Shown one piece after another: positions 38,778 through 49,624 of a stretch of 64,000 nucleotides of DNA. Position 1 is the stretch's first letter; every line of letters starts with the position of its first letter. A model generated the notes under the pieces. That model was not told the DNA's origin. It was given only the letters and a program-made list of their open reading frames with translations, and ran no database searches. Origin of the DNA: an uncultured candidate division Zixibacteria bacterium (GTDB lineage Bacteria > Zixibacteria > MSB-5A5 > GN15 > FEB-12); NCBI GenBank assembly GCA_963735035.1, contig CAVTJJ010000003.1, forward strand, positions 160,001 to 224,000. The letters are read 5' to 3'. Position numbers and translations under genes: made by a program.

Positions 38778-41513
38778 CTACTTGACCACAGCAAAGCGAC
38801 CAAGCTTGTCGCCGTACTGAGATTCGACGTGATAGATATATATGCCTGAAGCAATCAGGCGCTGTTCGTCGCTCTGCACATTCCACTCCTCGGTGCCGGT
38901 GCCGTTGGTGTGCCTCAAGGTAGTAACCGGCTCTCCGCTGAGCGTGTATATCCGGATAGTGCACTGGTCGGGCAGATTCTGGAACTGAATCTTCGACTGT
39001 CCGTTCACAACTTCCCAGGTATCATGGGCATAGTACGGATCAGGCACCACCTTGATATTGCGCAACTGGGTGGAAGCTGCCGAGCTGATGATGCCGTCAG
39101 ACGAGAATTCAAATACGTCCGCAGGACTGTTCATTAGCGGACCCTGAATCGTAAAGACATCTCCGATCGACGGGTTGTAGATGTCTGCATCGAAGTTGAA
39201 CATCCAACTGAATTGGTACGGCCAAGCGTCCTCGAACGGATTCAATGCAGCGTCGTAGGGACGATCCACAATAATCAGCGGGTCCCAAGGATCCCACCCA
39301 TCAAGATCCCAGTCGTACACCACCAGCGCGACCCGTTCGTTGGTCGAGACATTCCACACTTCAAACGGGACTACCCAGGCCATCCCCAAACCTTCGCCAT
39401 CGCTTGCCGACGATGCCATGGTGCTGTCGCCCGAGTACCTCAACTCAAAAGTACTTCGATAAGGCTTGCTGCTATATATGACGCGTTCGAGTGCATCGGT
39501 AGCCAGACCGTAGAATCCTTCAGACGTAACCCGCAAAGTAGCCTCAGAGCCACCTATCGCCGTTTGTGTCATCGACCGAGGCACAGCATCTGCATTGCGT
39601 ACAGCTACGCGCATACCTTCAGTTATTTCTGACAAACCAGGGTCTTCGTTCTCCGCCGTCTGGTGGTCCAGAACGGTGTCACCCCTGGTCATATTTAGCA
39701 GGTGCCAGTAAGTCGCCTCCGGAGTGTCCTCAAAGACTACCTGATAATCATCGCCGCTGGTTTGCCCACGATCGAATACAATTGGTACCACGGATCCGGC
39801 TGAAGGTTCTCCAGCGCCGCTGTAATCGTGTCTGACGGTTCCTACGGCCTGGTAATAACCGGCCGGATCGGTACGCGGCGTAACAGACACAATATTAGAG
39901 GCCGAGCCGGGCGAGCCGAAACCGGTCTGCAATACATCGACACCGGTAGCGCTGGCCCCGGTGTCATACGCGACCAGGCAGTACCAGTACTCCATGCCAT
40001 TCACGAGGTTGGTGTCAATAAAGCTGCGCTGAATCGGGTTAGCCGGATTGGCTGCTGTGTATTTGGCGATTGGCCAGTAATCGAACTTCTGACAATCGTT
40101 GTGAGTGGTGTCGTAGTAGACGCCCCAGGTTCGACCGCGATCGATGCTCCGGTAGAGTTTGTAACCGGCAAAATCGTTCTCGCCGGAAAGCGGGTCGATC
40201 GTGTTCTGCGCGGTGTCATCCCACCTCAGATACACCTTCTCGTCCCCGGCCTGTACCGACAGAACCGGAGTATTGGGCGGCTCCGGACCAACGAAGTAAT
40301 TGTCGTACAATTCCTGAGCGAGGTCGGAATTGGCACGGAACTCCTCTTCCGTCTGGCCGGCTACAAGGGCATACACCACACGAACCGTACTTCCAGCCAC
40401 AAGGTCGATACCGCGCGTGCACTGGACGTAGTACTGGTCGGTCGGCGGTAAAGAAACGTCATATTGAGTGCCGTTGATCATGTCGAATTTGCCGGGGTCG
40501 TTATCAGGCAGGAGCGCCCAATCACCGGTGCGGAACGAGGTCATACCGCCGCCACCGGGCGTTTCGATATACTTGGTTCCCATGACACCAGCGGGGACAT
40601 CCCTGCCCCAACCTTCCTCATCAACTCCATCGGCCTCGTAGACCCAGGCGAGGCCGGCGGCGGAATCGGATCCCACCATGTCGCCCAGGCGTCCATTTTC
40701 GCCGGCGGGTGTGTAACCACCGATGTCAAAGTCGCAGTACAGACCAAACGCGAAGTTGTTGTATTCTTCCGTTGAAGTATTCGTGATCTCGAGGATAACG
40801 AACATGAAGTCTTCATTATAGCAGTAGTTCCACTGCAGCACCGTATGGGTCATTTCAAGCCCCAACAACGGCTCACCTGAAGCGTTGTCGGCAAAGCGAT
40901 AGTGTGACTCTTGCACCGAAACAGGTCCACCGCTGTAGAAACTCGAAGTTCCGGGATTGTAGTTCAGCGGGTACACCCATGCGGCCGAGTCAGCGCTCCA
41001 GATTTTCCAGCCGTGCGCGGGATTTCCGTTTCCAAGGCCAGTTGTATCGCTGCGGCTGTAATCATAATAACGAGTGGTGTCGGTTGAGAGCAGAATCAGG
41101 TTTTCCGAAGTCCCCGTTATCAATGAAGGCAGAGCCTGGAAATCCTCATACGTATCCGCGACCAGGGTGTCGCCGGAAGCGGTGACGGCACCCATCCAGT
41201 AGTTGATTTCAGCCAGATAGTTGTGCCCGGAGCCGCGCGGCCACTCGCCTGACGGATATCCGTAGTAGCGATGGTTTCCAATCATACCGTAGTTGTCAAT
41301 CGTGGTTGCGATATTGCCCTGATTCTGAACGATCATGTCGACAGTTGTCGGGGCGGGTGACCGAACCGGTCCGCCCGGATCGTTGCCGCCCGTATTGACC
41401 CCGGGGGGCGGAATCTTGTGAGACGGCGCGGCCGCCCAAATTGACGCAGTCGGACCTACGACCAGACTAAGCAGGGTCGCTGTAACAAACAAAAGGGTAG
41501 TTGTTTTTTTCAT
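38778..41513 (-). CDS. Secreted protein with Fn3-like region and T9SS-CTD-like C-terminus
   Basis: Signal peptide, EWPRGSG, FAGYKLYRS, and IKVVPDPY...IRIYTLSGE...ASGIYIYHV...KLGRFAVVK. Confidence 0.8.
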   Translation of the reverse strand: MKKTTTLLFVTATLLSLVVGPTASIWAAAPSHKIPPPGVNTGGNDPGGPVRSPAPTTVDMIVQNQGNIATTIDNYGMIGNHRYYGYPSGEWPRGSGHNYLAEINYWMGAVTASGDTLVADTYEDFQALPSLITGTSENLILLSTDTTRYYDYSRSDTTGLGNGNPAHGWKIWSADSAAWVYPLNYNPGTSSFYSGGPVSVQESHYRFADNASGEPLLGLEMTHTVLQWNYCYNEDFMFVILEITNTSTEEYNNFAFGLYCDFDIGGYTPAGENGRLGDMVGSDSAAGLAWVYEADGVDEEGWGRDVPAGVMGTKYIETPGGGGMTSFRTGDWALLPDNDPGKFDMINGTQYDVSLPPTDQYYVQCTRGIDLVAGSTVRVVYALVAGQTEEEFRANSDLAQELYDNYFVGPEPPNTPVLSVQAGDEKVYLRWDDTAQNTIDPLSGENDFAGYKLYRSIDRGRTWGVYYDTTHNDCQKFDYWPIAKYTAANPANPIQRSFIDTNLVNGMEYWYCLVAYDTGASATGVDVLQTGFGSPGSASNIVSVTPRTDPAGYYQAVGTVRHDYSGAGEPSAGSVVPIVFDRGQTSGDDYQVVFEDTPEATYWHLLNMTRGDTVLDHQTAENEDPGLSEITEGMRVAVRNADAVPRSMTQTAIGGSEATLRVTSEGFYGLATDALERVIYSSKPYRSTFELRYSGDSTMASSASDGEGLGMAWVVPFEVWNVSTNERVALVVYDWDLDGWDPWDPLIIVDRPYDAALNPFEDAWPYQFSWMFNFDADIYNPSIGDVFTIQGPLMNSPADVFEFSSDGIISSAASTQLRNIKVVPDPYYAHDTWEVVNGQSKIQFQNLPDQCTIRIYTLSGEPVTTLRHTNGTGTEEWNVQSDEQRLIASGIYIYHVESQYGDKLGRFAVVK

Positions 41514-41528
41514 ACCACGTGCTCCGGC

Positions 41529-44207
41529 TTAGAATGAATACTCCAACCCGGTACGGATAGTCCGCGGCGGGCCGAAGTTCTGTGGGTCATGGTCAAACAG
41601 GTAGTCATACTTGTTGATCGCTTCCTGATCCAGGGACAGATCGGCGCCCTGAACAATGAAATCGTCGTCCGGAAGTCCGCTTCGTGAGTAGACGTCAAGA
41701 ACGTTGCGGCGGTCGAACAGATTGTCCACCTCGACAAACCAGGTCAACTCACGCCCAACTCGCCCAAGCTGGAAATCCTTGTTGAAGCGCATGTCGAGCG
41801 AGTAGGTCGCGGGCAGGCGGTTTTCGTTGCGCTCGCCCAACCGGTTGCCATCGGGGTCCGTCCGACTGTAAGGCAGTCCCGAGCCGAAGTATCCCACGAG
41901 CGAAAGACCCCAGGCCCCAGGTACCGACATACCCAGCCAGTTGCCTCTCCAATCGGCCGGAAGTCGGTAGTCCAGAACGGCCGTAATCGTATGCCTCTGG
42001 TCGAAATCGAGAGCAAATTGAGTCAAGGGCGGCAGAGTGTCGGTATTCGATGTCAGGTAAGTGTAATACGGCTCGCTGGCGTCGGAAGCATTTCCCTTGG
42101 CCATCATGAAGCCGTAAGATATGGAAGCGCTGAAGTACCCGCCCATCGGCAGTTTTTCCAACGACAGATCAAATCCGGTTACCGTACCGTAGTCGCCGTT
42201 CACGTACTTGGTTACCGGACTTGACTGCACCAATCGACCGACCCGACGGGTCGTGACCAGATCCTCTATATCCTTATAGTAGGCTGTCAAATCGAGGCGC
42301 AGGTTGCTCTTGACCATTTGGTCGACACCGATCTCGTAGGCCACTGTCGCCTCTGGCTCGAGGTCCGGGTTGCCCAGGACCGGCAGGCCGGAAGTACGGT
42401 CGCCGTGCAAGTTCTGGTACAGATATCGATACTGCGGCTGTTGATAATAGACACCGTAGTTGGCGTGCATGGCGCTGCGGTCGGAAATGGGGAACGACAC
42501 GCCAAATCGAGGCGAGATTCTGGATTTCGGATCCGCCTGCTTGTAGACCGGATCGGTGGATTCCGGAGTATAATTGTAAGAGATATCGGCGTTTCGATAG
42601 TCGAACCGAAGACCCAGGTTGATAACGAAATCCTTGTGCTCCAGCTTGTTCTCTAAGTAGATCGAAGCATGTCTGGGATTGCTCGTGTATTTCTCACCAT
42701 ACGGTTTAGCGTTGTAGAACTGTTTGCTGTCCCACTTGATCTGATAGGCGCGATACTCGAAGCCGGCTTTCAATTGATTCTGCTTGTTCCACTGAGCCAC
42801 ATAGCTTCCGGACATCGAATTGTATAGCGTTTGCCTGAAGGCATAGGTCGGGTCGAAATCACTCCCCACGGTGAATCCGGATGCCTGCATGGGATCAGTG
42901 AAGTCAGGATTGTTCCAGTAATTGTTGGTTTGAATAGTTCCATTATAGACACCGTTGGCATCAACCGAATAACCCGGCCACCTGTCCCAGTACACGTTTT
43001 GAAGGTGTGGCGGCGTAAGCTTTTTTTGAGTATAGAACTGGTTGAAAGTCAACGACGCAATCGACCAATCATTCAGGGCATAATTGCCGGTCGTTCCGAC
43101 CAGATACGCCTTCTGTTTCCAGACCGGAAGACCGTCCAGATTGAAATCATATGAGACGTTGTTGACATCGCGATGTGAATAGACGGCGCCATCCGACTGA
43201 TTCACCGTAACGTTCGTCTTGAGTTTCAGTCGCGGCAGCGGCTGCATGCTGAACTTGCTGATACCAACGTACGACGTCTGCCAGTTGTGCGGCAGATAAC
43301 CGTCGTCGCGGAGATATTCACCCGCCGAGAAGAAGTTGAAGCGACGGCTGTCCAGGCCGGGAATGGGACCCGAGAATGTACCCGACACGAGACGATTCGT
43401 GACTACCTGGAGGGGCTGCCAAGTGGCGGTGTTGACATCGTAAGGGCGGGTGGCTCCCTGATAAGTCCGAACGCTGCCGTGGTAGTCGGGGCCACCTTCT
43501 TTGGTAACAGCGCTGACCACGCCTGACAGAGCTTCACCGTATTCGGCCGAAAAACCGCCCGAAGTAAGCGAGAGTTCTTCCAGAGCTGTGGGCACGATAC
43601 GCATACCGGACATGGCATAGAACGGATCTTCAATCGAGAAACCGTCGTAGTAATAAGACAACTGTCCGGCGCGACCGCCGCGAATGTGCACCTGGTTGTC
43701 TTTGTCATTGACCACACCCGGATACTTCGTAAGAATACCCTGGACCGTCGTGATGTTTGGCAAGTTGTGAAGTCGCTCCTCGGTGAAAATCATGCGCGAA
43801 GCGGTAAGATCCTTCTGGATCAGGGGCGCTGTCGCGTACACCACGACTTCGTTTGAAAGGGCGGTAGTGGCCTGACTAACCTCGAAATCCACCGGTGTCG
43901 TCAGATCCACCAGAACTCGCACCCGTTTCTTCGCCATTCGTTCGTACCCGACGTGTGTCACGGCGAGATCGAACTCGCCCACCGGGACGTTTATGATGAA
44001 ATATTCCCCGTCTTCGTCGGTCTTCGTCGCCAGATTGGCGGAGACGACCGTTACGGTCGCGCCTTCGACCGGTTTTCCAGACAGGGCATCGACTACAACC
44101 CCCGACACTTTGCCCGTCACTGTTGCGAGAAGTTGACCGGATGTCAGCAGGACTATCAGGAGCAGCGGCGAAACAATTCTTGACGCTAGCCGTTTCTGCA
44201 ACACCAT
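41529..44207 (-). CDS. TonB-dependent receptor
   Basis: Carboxypeptidase-regulatory-like N-terminus, plug HIRGGR/GGFSAEYG, SPRFGVSFPI, GNPDLEPE and C-terminal RTGLEYSF. The ORF track starts at 44276. Confidence 0.92.
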   Translation of the reverse strand: MVLQKRLASRIVSPLLLIVLLTSGQLLATVTGKVSGVVVDALSGKPVEGATVTVVSANLATKTDEDGEYFIINVPVGEFDLAVTHVGYERMAKKRVRVLVDLTTPVDFEVSQATTALSNEVVVYATAPLIQKDLTASRMIFTEERLHNLPNITTVQGILTKYPGVVNDKDNQVHIRGGRAGQLSYYYDGFSIEDPFYAMSGMRIVPTALEELSLTSGGFSAEYGEALSGVVSAVTKEGGPDYHGSVRTYQGATRPYDVNTATWQPLQVVTNRLVSGTFSGPIPGLDSRRFNFFSAGEYLRDDGYLPHNWQTSYVGISKFSMQPLPRLKLKTNVTVNQSDGAVYSHRDVNNVSYDFNLDGLPVWKQKAYLVGTTGNYALNDWSIASLTFNQFYTQKKLTPPHLQNVYWDRWPGYSVDANGVYNGTIQTNNYWNNPDFTDPMQASGFTVGSDFDPTYAFRQTLYNSMSGSYVAQWNKQNQLKAGFEYRAYQIKWDSKQFYNAKPYGEKYTSNPRHASIYLENKLEHKDFVINLGLRFDYRNADISYNYTPESTDPVYKQADPKSRISPRFGVSFPISDRSAMHANYGVYYQQPQYRYLYQNLHGDRTSGLPVLGNPDLEPEATVAYEIGVDQMVKSNLRLDLTAYYKDIEDLVTTRRVGRLVQSSPVTKYVNGDYGTVTGFDLSLEKLPMGGYFSASISYGFMMAKGNASDASEPYYTYLTSNTDTLPPLTQFALDFDQRHTITAVLDYRLPADWRGNWLGMSVPGAWGLSLVGYFGSGLPYSRTDPDGNRLGERNENRLPATYSLDMRFNKDFQLGRVGRELTWFVEVDNLFDRRNVLDVYSRSGLPDDDFIVQGADLSLDQEAINKYDYLFDHDPQNFGPPRTIRTGLEYSF

Positions 44208-44471
44208 AATGCCACCGTATTGTGTTTGTGTTCTTACTGGATCGGCAAGATGTCTGATGGCGACGTCCCAGTACATTTGTTCATCTCGATTATAGTATCG
44301 GACACGGACGAGTATCCTTGACCCGGTTTAGCGGCTGAGGCGCTCCTTTTCTCGTCATTTTCCGGGATGAGTGATCAAGTTTGAAGTAGGCCTCCCGATA
44401 ATCAGAAAATAACGGTTGGCCCCCGGGCGGGGTCAGGTCAAGCAATTCTGCCCGGAAGGCAATGGGACCGG

Positions 44472-45476
44472 GTGTGTTCCGCGGTGAAGAGCGGACTGAA
44501 CGGCCGAGGACGACTTATACTTGTGAAGACCGTCGCGTCAAAAATATTCTATTCCGCGCTGACGATTCTAATATTGTCTTTCGGCTGCCGTACGGTGGCC
44601 GCCCAGACGGTTGTGATTCTGTCAACCGACAGCCTTACGGCCACGAATCGAACGGTCAGCGGCGCCCGCTCCGTCATTAAGGAAAGACATGATGCCGCGG
44701 TGATTCACAGCATCCTGCTGAGTGTCGAACCCCAGAAACAGACCATAGAAATTGATAAAGTTCGCGCCCTGAAACCGGATATCATAGTGTCGGTCGGCAG
44801 CGCGGCCACACAGGTTGCGAAAGACAATTTCACCCGCATCCCCATCATATTCTCGGCCGTCAAGTATCCCGTGATTTCCGGATTTGCCGAATCGGTTGAC
44901 CGGCCGGGCGGGAACATGACCGGGGCTTCGCTCGACATCCCGGTTGATATTCAATTCCGATACTTGAGCCAGATCATTCCTAAGCTTAAGCGCGTAGGCG
45001 TACTCTACACTACTAATACATCGAAGCTCATCGCACCGGCCCGGGTTATTGCCGGTAATATGGGTATCGAGCTTGTTGCCATCCAGATTGCGACGCAACG
45101 CGATCTGCCAAGGGCGCTTGATTCTCTGGCCTCGAGCACGCAAGCGTTATGGAGCGTTGCTGATCAAAATCTATTCGATCCACAAACGACCAAGTTTATC
45201 CTGTTGAATTCGCTTCGGATGGGCCTGCCGTTCATGGGTTTCTCACGGCACGTGGTCGAGTCCGGTGCCCTCTTCGCGCTGGACTTTGATTACAAGGCCA
45301 TCGGCCGCCAGGCCGGGCAGATTGCATCGCAGGTACTGGAGGGCGCCACCCCGGGAAACATCCCGATCACTACCCCCGATATCATCTGGTTCCACTATAA
45401 CGAGAACACGGCCAAACGGGTGGGGATAACCGTACCGGCCGAACTGATGGCCATCGCCAAGGAGGTCTACCGATGA
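44472..45476 (+). CDS. ABC-type (Tyr/ABC_sub_bind) periplasmic substrate-binding protein
   Basis: PDIIVSVG, IPIIFSAV, GGNMTG, DYKAIGRQAG and TAKRVGITVP motifs; true start may be GTG at 44523. Confidence 0.85.
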   Translation: MCSAVKSGLNGRGRLILVKTVASKIFYSALTILILSFGCRTVAAQTVVILSTDSLTATNRTVSGARSVIKERHDAAVIHSILLSVEPQKQTIEIDKVRALKPDIIVSVGSAATQVAKDNFTRIPIIFSAVKYPVISGFAESVDRPGGNMTGASLDIPVDIQFRYLSQIIPKLKRVGVLYTTNTSKLIAPARVIAGNMGIELVAIQIATQRDLPRALDSLASSTQALWSVADQNLFDPQTTKFILLNSLRMGLPFMGFSRHVVESGALFALDFDYKAIGRQAGQIASQVLEGATPGNIPITTPDIIWFHYNENTAKRVGITVPAELMAIAKEVYR

Positions 45477-47146
45477 CTCTGCGATGGCTGACCACATCCC
45501 TGAACTTGCGGCTCAGGTTCGTTCTTCCGATCTCCGCGATCGTGATCATCTGCATGGCAGTGCTGAGCGGATATCTTATCAACCGCCAGGCCAACAGTTT
45601 CCGACGGGAGCTGCAAACCAACGGCGAGACCATCGTCAAGATTCTGGCGGTGAACGCCGAAAGCGGCGTGGCCTTTGAATCGAACTATGAACTCGACGCC
45701 TTGCTGGAGACGACGCACCGCTTCGCCGCGGTCGAATACTGTCTCATACGCAACCTTGACGGCGTTATCCTGTCGCATCTCGGACAGACTCAAGTAGCGC
45801 CCGAACAGCTACAGATCTTGCGCGAACAAGCCAAAACGGCGGCGCAGCCGGTATCCGACTATTTCACGGACGCCCAGGGCAGCAAGATGCTGGTTTTGAT
45901 CGCTCCGATCACCTACGAACGCAAGGTCATGCATCGGGAATCGCTGGGTATGACCGGTGGTCTGGATGAAAGTCTGACGTCGTCGACCGTGGCCGAGACG
46001 ATCGGCTGGATGGAACTGGGCATGTCCATGGCCAATGTTGACAAGGCCACGACCGAGGCCACCCGGGCGGCCATACTCCTGGCCTTCCTGATTCTGTTGG
46101 TGCTTATACTGGTGGTCGCGTTCATCGTCAGCGCCGTGGTAAAGCCGATCACGAAACTCGCCGAGGCCACCGATCAAATCAGCCGGGGCGATTTCAGTAC
46201 GGTCGTGAATGTCGTTCGCAACGATGAAATTGGCCGACTGGCCGAGACTTTCAATCGCATGACGAAGACTTTGAAACAGTCGCGCGAGGAAATTGAACAG
46301 TACAACCGTACCCTGGAAGAGAAGATTGTCGAGCGCACTCAGCAACTTGAAGATGCCCAGACGCAGTTGATCCAATCCGAAAAAATGAGCGCCATCGGAC
46401 AACTGGCCGCCGGAGTCGCGCACGAACTTAACAACCCGTTAGGCGGCATCCTCGGTTACGCCCAGTTCACGCTGGAGAAACTCCGCAAGAACTCGCCGGA
46501 GAAGACCACACCCAAGGAAATCGAAGCGTATGTCCGCTATGTGGCCGATATCGAGCTCCAGGCCCGGCGCTGCAAGACCATTGTGCAAAATCTGCTCAGG
46601 TTCTCCCGTTCGTCGCGGACGGTGGAATTCGAGGAAGTCAGCATCAACCAGACCCTGGAGCAGACGCTCAGTTTTGTCGAACATCAGCTCCGCATAAGCC
46701 AGATCGAACTGAAAGTGCAGCTGGCTCCCGAACTGCCCACCATTCAGGGCAATGCCGGACAGCTCCAGCAGGTGTTCACGAATCTGATCATCAATTCTAT
46801 GCACGCTTCGACACCGGGCTCGACCATCACCCTTACAACTCGTTACTGCCCGGCGCTCGGACAGTTCGGCGGGACGGTCGAGGTTTCGGTGGCTGACACC
46901 GGCCACGGTATCGCCCGAGAGAATCTCAAGAAAATATTCGAGCCGTTCTTTACCACCAAAGAGGTGGGTAAAGGCACTGGCCTCGGTCTATCAGTCAGTT
47001 ACGGCATTGTCAAAGAACATGGGGGCGAGATTACGGTTGAGTCGGAAGTCGGCCAGGGCTCCACCTTTACGATCATCATACCGGTGCAGAAACCGGAGCC
47101 GACAGCCGATATAGGAGAAAAAGCCGAGACCGAGCGAAAGGCCTAG
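45473..47146 (+). CDS. Membrane HAMP sensor histidine kinase
   Basis: Two TMs, HAMP ([13 protein letters not shown]), H-box [10 protein letters not shown], and [16 protein letters not shown]. Confidence 0.95.
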   Translation: MTLRWLTTSLNLRLRFVLPISAIVIICMAVLSGYLINRQANSFRRELQTNGETIVKILAVNAESGVAFESNYELDALLETTHRFAAVEYCLIRNLDGVILSHLGQTQVAPEQLQILREQAKTAAQPVSDYFTDAQGSKMLVLIAPITYERKVMHRESLGMTGGLDESLTSSTVAETIGWMELGMSMANVDKATTEATRAAILLAFLILLVLILVVAFIVSAVVKPITKLAEATDQISRGDFSTVVNVVRNDEIGRLAETFNRMTKTLKQSREEIEQYNRTLEEKIVERTQQLEDAQTQLIQSEKMSAIGQLAAGVAHELNNPLGGILGYAQFTLEKLRKNSPEKTTPKEIEAYVRYVADIELQARRCKTIVQNLLRFSRSSRTVEFEEVSINQTLEQTLSFVEHQLRISQIELKVQLAPELPTIQGNAGQLQQVFTNLIINSMHASTPGSTITLTTRYCPALGQFGGTVEVSVADTGHGIARENLKKIFEPFFTTKEVGKGTGLGLSVSYGIVKEHGGEITVESEVGQGSTFTIIIPVQKPEPTADIGEKAETERKA

Positions 47147-47162
47147 CGTCTGAGGACGCCCC

Positions 47163-47549
47163 ATGGGATCGACAGCGAACCAGTCTATTCTGATCGTAGA
47201 CGACGAAGAAATCATCCGAGACTTTCTCTCGGAAGTTCTTGAGGACTACGAAATTTCGCTGGCTTGCGATGGTGATCAGGCGATTGCCAAGTTGAAAGAG
47301 CGATCGTTTGATCTGGTCATTACCGACCTTCGCATGCCGAAAGTACCGGGCCAGGAAGTGGTGCGGGCGGCCCGGGAACTACGCCCCAATACCAAAGTCA
47401 TAGTCATTTCCGGATATTCCAGCCTCCATACCGTCAGTCAATCGGTGACTCACGGAGCCTGTGCGTTTCTATCCAAACCGTTCAGCATCAAGGAATTGAT
47501 GCAGGCGGTCAGCGACGCGCTTGAGAATGCGGGAGGCGTCAATGGGTAG
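47163..47549 (+). CDS. Single-domain response regulator
   Basis: ILIVDDE, DLVITDLRMP and KPF motifs. Confidence 0.93.
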   Translation: MGSTANQSILIVDDEEIIRDFLSEVLEDYEISLACDGDQAIAKLKERSFDLVITDLRMPKVPGQEVVRAARELRPNTKVIVISGYSSLHTVSQSVTHGACAFLSKPFSIKELMQAVSDALENAGGVNG

Positions 47550-47910
47550 AGTATTAATAGTCGATGATTCAGCTGTTATCAGACAGCTCCTGACCGAGTA
47601 TCTGGGTGAGCAGGGTCACCAGGTCGACATCGCCATCGACGGCGTCGAGGGACTGGCCAAGGCCAGAAGCGGCGACTATGACCTGTGCATATGTGACATC
47701 CATCTTCCCAAGAAGAACGGTTATCAATTGCTGACTGAACTGGGAGAAGACCGGCGCGACATGCAGTTTATCTTCACCGATTCGCTGCCCGACGAACTCT
47801 ACGAACAAATACAAAGCGCTACCCGATTTGCCTGCCTTCGCAAACCGTTCGGCCTGGAGCAACTCCGCGACCTGGTAAACAGAGCCATGGAGAAAAGTCG
47901 AGCGGTATGA
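47542..47910 (+). CDS. Single-domain response regulator
   Basis: VLIVDDS, DLCICDIHLP and KPF motifs; ATG 47542 after GGAGG. Confidence 0.9.
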   Translation: MGRVLIVDDSAVIRQLLTEYLGEQGHQVDIAIDGVEGLAKARSGDYDLCICDIHLPKKNGYQLLTELGEDRRDMQFIFTDSLPDELYEQIQSATRFACLRKPFGLEQLRDLVNRAMEKSRAV

Positions 47911-49592
47911 GCGAAGTCGGCTCAAACGCCTGTCGTATCCTGGCAGTGGACGATGAGGAAATCGTTCAGTCGCTGGTACGTGATGCCCTCGAAGAGGAAG
48001 GCTACCATGTGTCCACGGCCGGAAGCGGCGCCGAAGCCCTGCAGTTGCTTCAGACCCAGCCATTCGATCTTCTGATTACCGACATCCGCATGCCCAATAT
48101 GAGCGGCACCGACTTAGTTGAACGGGCCAGGGCCGTAAATCCCTCTATTGGCATAATCTTCATGACCGGCTATGCGTCGCTAAGTTCGGCCAAGGAGGCC
48201 ATCAAGCGGGGCGCGCTTGACTATGTCATGAAACCGTTCGAGCTGTCTGATATCAGGCAGGCGGTACGCAACGGTATCGATAAACTTCAGGCGGCGGCCG
48301 CGGCGGCGTCACACGAACAGCTCAGTTCCCTCTCGGACCTGAGCAATGTACTGTTTGCGGCTGGTGACCGGAAATCGCTCGTGACTTCATCGCTCCGTTT
48401 CGCCATGATGCACCTCAAGTGCGAGCGGGGATCAATCTTGTTCTATGACCGTGACCGCTCCGTTTACGTGATGATGACCGAGTGGTCGGGTAATTCGTCC
48501 GAGGAAATAATCGGTCGCGAACCATTGCACGAGATGGCCACAGATGGTCGATTGCTGGGCTTCCACGAGCCGGCTCTGGTTTCGGCGCTCGAAGATCACC
48601 CCATCTACCAAGCCAATCCCGATCCCGATTTGCGACGGTTCCTTCTGCCGCCGTGGATGTCGGATCAGGAGCAGTTGATTGCCGTCCCGGTGGTTCGCGC
48701 GACCACCTTTCACGGCATGATGTTGTTGTCACAGAACGAGGATACGGTCAAGCTCAAGCAGACTGATCTGAAATTCATGGCCATTACCGCCAATCAGTTG
48801 GCAATCACGCTTGAAAATCTTTTGCTTCTCGAAGAAGCTCAGCAGGCCTACAGCCGCCTCAAAGAACTGCAGGACCAGACCATCGAACTCGAGAAGATGG
48901 CCACCCGGGGAATGATGTCGGCCGAGATCGGCCACGAGTTGAACAACTTCCTGGGGGTCGTAATCGGCAATGTCGAAATGCTGAACCATCACCTTGGCAA
49001 GGGCAACTATGACAAGCTGGGCAAGTATGTCGATACCGTCTCAAGTACTCTTAATCGGGTGCGGTCATTCGCCGAGAACCTGATGGATCTGCGGTCGATT
49101 TCGTCGCAGGAAGAAAACATCCGCTTTGACAAACTGCTCGTGGAGGTGGTCGAGTATCTCCGGCCACAAAAGCGGTTCCGCGAAGTGGAAGTGATCCTCC
49201 CGGTCAACATCGACCCGGTCACTTTGAAGGCCGACATGACCCAGATGCAGCAGTTGCTGTACAACCTTTTCCGCAACGCCGCCGACGCCACGCTCAACTG
49301 TCCCCGCCGCCAGGTTCGAACCATGATCGAAGTTTTCCCCGAGGCCGGCAAGTTCCGCGTGACCATCGAAGATACCGGCGTGGGTTTCGAACCCGACGCT
49401 CTATCGAAAGCTTTTCGACAGCAGTTCACGACCAAGGAATCGGGCCACGGCATCGGTTTGATGGTATGTCGACGGATCATCGACAAGCATGGTGGCACGC
49501 TTGATGTAGAATCGGCCCCCGGCAAAGGTACCCGGATTGCGATAACTTTCCCGATGGCTGTCGAGGCGCCGGTTCTAGTCCCGGTTGCCTGA
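47907..49592 (+). CDS. Hybrid REC-GAF-histidine kinase
   Basis: N-terminal receiver (ITDIRMP), GAF, H-box IGHELNNFL, and FTTKESGHGIGL. Confidence 0.92.
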   Translation: MSEVGSNACRILAVDDEEIVQSLVRDALEEEGYHVSTAGSGAEALQLLQTQPFDLLITDIRMPNMSGTDLVERARAVNPSIGIIFMTGYASLSSAKEAIKRGALDYVMKPFELSDIRQAVRNGIDKLQAAAAAASHEQLSSLSDLSNVLFAAGDRKSLVTSSLRFAMMHLKCERGSILFYDRDRSVYVMMTEWSGNSSEEIIGREPLHEMATDGRLLGFHEPALVSALEDHPIYQANPDPDLRRFLLPPWMSDQEQLIAVPVVRATTFHGMMLLSQNEDTVKLKQTDLKFMAITANQLAITLENLLLLEEAQQAYSRLKELQDQTIELEKMATRGMMSAEIGHELNNFLGVVIGNVEMLNHHLGKGNYDKLGKYVDTVSSTLNRVRSFAENLMDLRSISSQEENIRFDKLLVEVVEYLRPQKRFREVEVILPVNIDPVTLKADMTQMQQLLYNLFRNAADATLNCPRRQVRTMIEVFPEAGKFRVTIEDTGVGFEPDALSKAFRQQFTTKESGHGIGLMVCRRIIDKHGGTLDVESAPGKGTRIAITFPMAVEAPVLVPVA

Positions 49593-49624
49593 TCGCCCCG
49601 GCCTCTCCCCTATTCACATTAGGC

